From: Candidatus Shapirobacteria bacterium
GTDB taxonomy: Bacteria; Patescibacteriota; Microgenomatia; UBA12405
Direction: 5' to 3'
NCBI GenBank assembly: GCA_022837635.1
Contig: JALHFY010000002.1
Coordinates: forward strand, 5,055 to 69,054
DNA length: 64,000 nucleotides
Each line of letters begins with the position of its first letter. The stretch's first letter is position 1. Of the stretch, positions 60,253 to 64,000 are shown piece by piece. The notes under the pieces are model-generated. The model searched no databases. It was not told the DNA's origin and saw nothing but the letters and a program-made list of their open reading frames with translations. The position numbers and the translations under genes were made by a program.

Positions 60253-61100
60253 TAGCTGGTAATAATTAGTTCTTTGATTTTTCCTCTTTTCTCTCCTTTG
60301 CTATTAATTGAACGAGCTGAGTATACTTCATGAATATTAAACGGCTGATACAGCTTTCTAATGAAATCTGTATTGGAATTACTTAACATAACAAAACATC
60401 CTTTTTGGTGTAGTTGTTTAAAAGTTTCTGATAATTTTATTTGTTCCTTGAAAGTAAAATTATTTTTTGAGTAATTGGTAAAGTTGGCGGTGGTGTTTAA
60501 TGGATAATAAGGAGGATCGAAATAAATAAAATCACTTTTTTTACAAGTTTTTATTGATTCCTCAAAAGAAGTACTAGTAATATGAGTATCGTGTAAGGTG
60601 TGGGATACGGCTTGAATATTACCTACGTCGCAAATGGTTGGGTTGGGTTGATCGCCAAAGGGAATATTATATTCACCTTTGGAATTTTCACGATACATTC
60701 CGTTAAAACAAGTTTTGTTAAGGAAAATAAGATAGGCGCAGTAAGTTAAATTGTCTAATGAATTTTGATTATATTCTTGGCGAATTTGATAAAAATATTT
60801 TTTTTGATTATCTAAATTAAGTTTTTTGTATTCCTTTTCTATATTTTTTAGAAGTTTGATCAAGGAATCAGGATCCTGCTTGATAATTTCATAACAGTTC
60901 ATCAGTTTTTTATTAATATCATTGATATAAGAATGATTTGTGATGAGTTTTTTATTAGACAATTCAAAGAATAAGGCTCCCCCTCCCATAAATGGTTCGT
61001 AATAATTATTGATTTTGTTAGGGATCAGTTTCGAAATCTCCGGGATGAGTTTACTTTTTCCTCCAACCCATTTAACGAATGGTTTTGCTGGTTTTGTCAT
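60249..61100 (-). CDS. Dam/DpnM-like alpha-class adenine methyltransferase
   Basis: KWVGGK, EPFMGGG, FNG.YR.N.KG..N.PFG, DPPY. Confidence 0.93.
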   Translation of the reverse strand: MTKPAKPFVKWVGGKSKLIPEISKLIPNKINNYYEPFMGGGALFFELSNKKLITNHSYINDINKKLMNCYEIIKQDPDSLIKLLKNIEKEYKKLNLDNQKKYFYQIRQEYNQNSLDNLTYCAYLIFLNKTCFNGMYRENSKGEYNIPFGDQPNPTICDVGNIQAVSHTLHDTHITSTSFEESIKTCKKSDFIYFDPPYYPLNTTANFTNYSKNNFTFKEQIKLSETFKQLHQKGCFVMLSNSNTDFIRKLYQPFNIHEVYSARSINSKGEKRGKIKELIITSY

Positions 61101-61154
61101 GAATTAGTTATTATAACTTTTTACTAAAGGAAGTTATACTTAGTCATTAATAAA

Positions 61155-61817
61155 ATGAAGCAAAAAGAGTTGGAGAAAATACAGGCGGAATATAAGAGGA
61201 TTTTTGGAAATGTATGGGAGAAAGGTGGGGGTTGGGGGTATAGATACAAACATGGCGTCAGGGTGATGCGATATTGTCAAAAAATTGTCAAATATAATCG
61301 TTTTAAGAAAGAAAAATTGGATATAGAGGCGCTGTTGGTGGCGGCCTTGTTTCATGATATCGGCAAAATCAGGGCGGTGAACAAAAACAGAGAATTGGTA
61401 TATGGTAATTATGGCGGAGAAACACATGAGGCTTTAGGAGCAAAATTGGCGCCAAAATATTTGAGGAAATTTGTTAAAGATAAAAATAAATTGGAGTTGA
61501 TTTCACTGTTTATTGCCGAACAAGAACCAGAAAAAAGTGAAATCAGGACCGAATCAAAAATTATTAAAGACGCCGATAGATTGGATCATTTCGGAGTTAT
61601 TCATTTGTTGGTATCGGCGGTATATGCCAATTACAACCGTAAAAATATTGAGGGATTACGGGAATTTTGGGAGGGAGAGGAAGGTAAGAAAAAATATTTG
61701 AGAAATTTTGAAAAATTTAATTTTCCGGAGGTAAAAAAGGTGGCGATGAAGAGATTTGCTAATTTAAGTCGGGCGACGGAGCTAATTTTTGAAGAGGATG
61801 AAGGGAGAGATCTTTAG
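61155..61817 (+). CDS. HD-domain phosphohydrolase
   Basis: H..RV, ALFHDIGK, H...GA, DADRLD. Confidence 0.9.
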   Translation: MKQKELEKIQAEYKRIFGNVWEKGGGWGYRYKHGVRVMRYCQKIVKYNRFKKEKLDIEALLVAALFHDIGKIRAVNKNRELVYGNYGGETHEALGAKLAPKYLRKFVKDKNKLELISLFIAEQEPEKSEIRTESKIIKDADRLDHFGVIHLLVSAVYANYNRKNIEGLREFWEGEEGKKKYLRNFEKFNFPEVKKVAMKRFANLSRATELIFEEDEGRDL

Positions 61818-62332
61818 GAATTGTTAGGGTGGAGTTGGTGGTATTTTTTTAGGGCCGTGGTAAAGAGCTGATCACCGGTTTTGCCCCAGCGCAGATATTT
61901 AGGTAAATCCGCGGGATCGATAAAGATTCTTTGATGAATCTGACCACTTTCCGGATCGATTTGTGGTTTGAGAATTTTTTTAATATCGGCGATGTAAAAC
62001 ATTTGAATGAACCACGGTTGTTGACTATTGGCTTTTTGGACTTTGAAACCACCAACCAGCTGAGGATTTTGAAGTAAAACATTGGCTTCTTCTTCAATTT
62101 CTCGATGTAAAGTTTCTAGAAATGTTTCTGTAGACTTGGGGCTACCACCAGGAAATCTAAGTTCTCCATTTTCTCTGATGATCATAACTTGGCCGGTGTG
62201 GTCAAAACAAATACCACTGACAAGTGTCTTTTTGGATTTTTGTAAATCCGGATCTGATTCGTTGAGCCATTGGTAATAATAATCTTCCCCTCTCCAGTTG
62301 ACAATGATGAAATTATTTTTGATAGTGGACAT
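61814..62332 (-). CDS. NUDIX hydrolase
   Basis: FPGG....E...ETL.REIEEEA. Confidence 0.88.
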   Translation of the reverse strand: MSTIKNNFIIVNWRGEDYYYQWLNESDPDLQKSKKTLVSGICFDHTGQVMIIRENGELRFPGGSPKSTETFLETLHREIEEEANVLLQNPQLVGGFKVQKANSQQPWFIQMFYIADIKKILKPQIDPESGQIHQRIFIDPADLPKYLRWGKTGDQLFTTALKKYHQLHPNNS

Positions 62333-62444
62333 AATGATATTTTACTAGGAAGATTGTGGGTTTTGTGAAATCAGTCTATAATTCGGTAGAGATGATGAGG
62401 TGGTGGAAGTTGGGGAAAGAATTTTATACTGTAAAAGAAACGGG

Positions 62445-63152
62445 TTAGAACTCATCACCATAGCTGTGTAGTAATTCATAAAATGGCACATTGTTTATCG
62501 CCATATTCATTTCCAGTTCGAAACTTTTGTAAGTCTTTTCATTTTTCATGACGTAATCCATGGTTTGCCAGCTGTTTCTGCCACCCTCGTACTCTTCCAT
62601 TAATTTTCCTGATGATTTGTCACAAAACATCAAATGAAAAATCTTATCTTCAATTATCTCGTGAGTCTTTTCGTGTAAAACTCGTTCGTGAAAAACGCCA
62701 CGATGCTCAAAAATTCCTTTAAGCCCCGTCTCTTCTATCAGTTCGCGACTAGCGGCGGCAGGAATTGATTCGCCCCAACGAATTTTGCCAGTTGGCGCGC
62801 CACAAAATCCATAATATGGATGCTTAAGTCGTTGCTGAATTAAGTAGTGTTTTTTGCCGTTAATTTCTTTTTCGACCACCAACATAACGGAAACTTTCGG
62901 CTGTCTTTCAATCACGCCTGCGTCAGTGTCAAGTTTGTTGGCATATTCGCGACCTTTGATTGACAATTGGTATTTGCCGGATGTTGTTTTATCAACGTAG
63001 CCTGTTTGAACTAATCGTTTGATGTGAAATTTGGCGTGGTCGCTTTCTAGTCCGGTGATTTTTTGTAAATTAGTAAAACTGGTAGCGGGCAAGAATAATA
63101 ATTCTCGCAAAATTTTGGTTTGGGCTTGATGAATTTCACCTTCAAATGCCAT
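62445..63152 (-). CDS. wHTH-NUDIX fusion protein, paralogue of 55151..55840
   Basis: ILRELLF.P...F..L...SDH..FH.K.L...KG.E.A..LDT....IE.Q.K; GKIR.GE...RE..EETG. Confidence 0.88.
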   Translation of the reverse strand: MAFEGEIHQAQTKILRELLFLPATSFTNLQKITGLESDHAKFHIKRLVQTGYVDKTTSGKYQLSIKGREYANKLDTDAGVIERQPKVSVMLVVEKEINGKKHYLIQQRLKHPYYGFCGAPTGKIRWGESIPAAASRELIEETGLKGIFEHRGVFHERVLHEKTHEIIEDKIFHLMFCDKSSGKLMEEYEGGRNSWQTMDYVMKNEKTYKSFELEMNMAINNVPFYELLHSYGDEF

Positions 63153-63200
63153 ATTTCCTCCTAATTAACTTTATAAAAAGCAGTATAATCCATATAAAAC

Positions 63201-63230
63201 GAAAGTCTAGGGAAGTCAACTTCCGTAAAT
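63201..63230. promoter_or_regulatory. Palindromic putative operator, copy 2
   Basis: GAAAGTCTAGGGAAGTCAACTTCCGTAAAT, core GGAAGT-CA-ACTTCC. Confidence 0.7.
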
Positions 63231-63347
63231 GGATAAATCCATTAAAACTGACTAAGTTTAGTAATCCAGTTCTCAGAGAGAAGATGAAAAGGTTTTTTAA
63301 GGAGGAAGGTAAAACAAATTCCTGTTCATCCGGAAACTCCATTTAGT

Positions 63348-63680
63348 TTGGTGCAAATAGAAGGGGGATATGCGGATAATATTGTGCCCGATAGAGCCAG
63401 TGCGTTTTTTGATTTGAAACCATCACCAAATGGCAAAAATGATTATTCACAAATCTTTAATCAAGTTTTAAATCAAAAAAATGTCAAAGTTGAAGTGTTA
63501 ATGTCGGTGCCAGCGGTGAGTTTTTCAATCCCTAAGGAATTCGAGTTTTTAGGTGAAGGACAAGGAGTCAAATATTTTACAGAGCTGTCGTTTTGTAAAA
63601 ATGGACTAGTGTTGGGACCGGATGAAAAAATTAAAAAGACAGAATTGGAAAAAGCGGTCGATGTTGTTAAGTATTTTTAA
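63348..63680 (+). pseudogene. Truncated M20/ArgE-like peptidase remnant
   Basis: IEGG.A.NIVP, FTE, LGP-DEKI; lacks the N-terminal metal ligands and the AH before DE; in-frame stop just upstream. Confidence 0.65.
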
Positions 63681-63999
63681 TTAACCATTGTCCAAGTTGA
63701 TCCCAAGCGTCTCCCCAAACTTCAACTTGTTCCGGAGTGCTTAGTTCAGCTAGTGTTTTTTTCTTACTAGGAACGTAGAAAATTAAATCATAATTCATGC
63801 CGTTAGTACCTCTTTTCTCTTGAATAATCTGTCCATAACCTCTTGAACTAAATATTTTTATATTGGTACCGTCAGTGTACCCAATGGTACGTTGAACATA
63901 AGCAATATTTTTATTATTAGCTATCCCTTTAACCAATCTCATTAATCCGTCCTCACCAATCGTTTTTATAGCGTATTTAGTATAAGGACCAGGAAAACC
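63667..63999 (-). CDS. Ham1/RdgB-family NTP pyrophosphatase-like protein, 5' truncated by the window end
   Basis: Open frame reads GFPGPYTKY...G.I..E.RG.NG..YD.IF...KTLAEL. Confidence 0.8.
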   Translation of the reverse strand, partial: GFPGPYTKYAIKTIGEDGLMRLVKGIANNKNIAYVQRTIGYTDGTNIKIFSSRGYGQIIQEKRGTNGMNYDLIFYVPSKKKTLAELSTPEQVEVWGDAWDQLGQWLIKNT

Positions 64000-64000
64000 A

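Noticed and set aside
61120-61145. Possible third copy of the wHTH-NUDIX motif (GGAAGTTATACTT), also CTAGGAAG near 62345
   Set aside because: Only partial matches with different spacing; these could be chance or simply a -10 box.

Overview
A gene-dense, AT-rich bacterial chromosome segment in the standard genetic code. Gene content points to a CPR/Patescibacteria genome, probably Microgenomates (inferred from archaeal-type TPI and TyrRS, split transketolase, short ValRS and typical hypothetical families). The window carries housekeeping genes (smpB and tmRNA, glycolysis/pentose phosphate enzymes, ppdK, groESL, two class A PBPs, tyrS, valS) and four tRNAs (Cys, Tyr, Ser, Arg). The 49-64 kb part is accessory: GIY-YIG, GmrSD, a Panacea toxin-antitoxin pair, a two-methylase R-M system and many NUDIX/HD/Ham1 genes. 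Strongest leads: (1) the tmRNA lacks the alanine identity elements (A3-U70 and G73 instead of G3.U70 and A73) and matches the acceptor end of the window's tRNA-Ser; (2) a Tyr T-box with an ultrashort Stem I directly precedes an archaeal-type tRNA-Tyr, an M20 peptidase and an archaeal-type TyrRS; (3) a GIY-YIG gene is bracketed by tRNA-Ser and a hairpin-interrupted copy of its 5' end; (4) two wHTH-NUDIX paralogues share a 30-bp palindromic upstream motif; (5) -10 boxes 5-7 nt before many start codons suggest widespread leaderless mRNAs. No CRISPR array, rRNA or prophage is visible. All family calls come from motif reading, not database searches.
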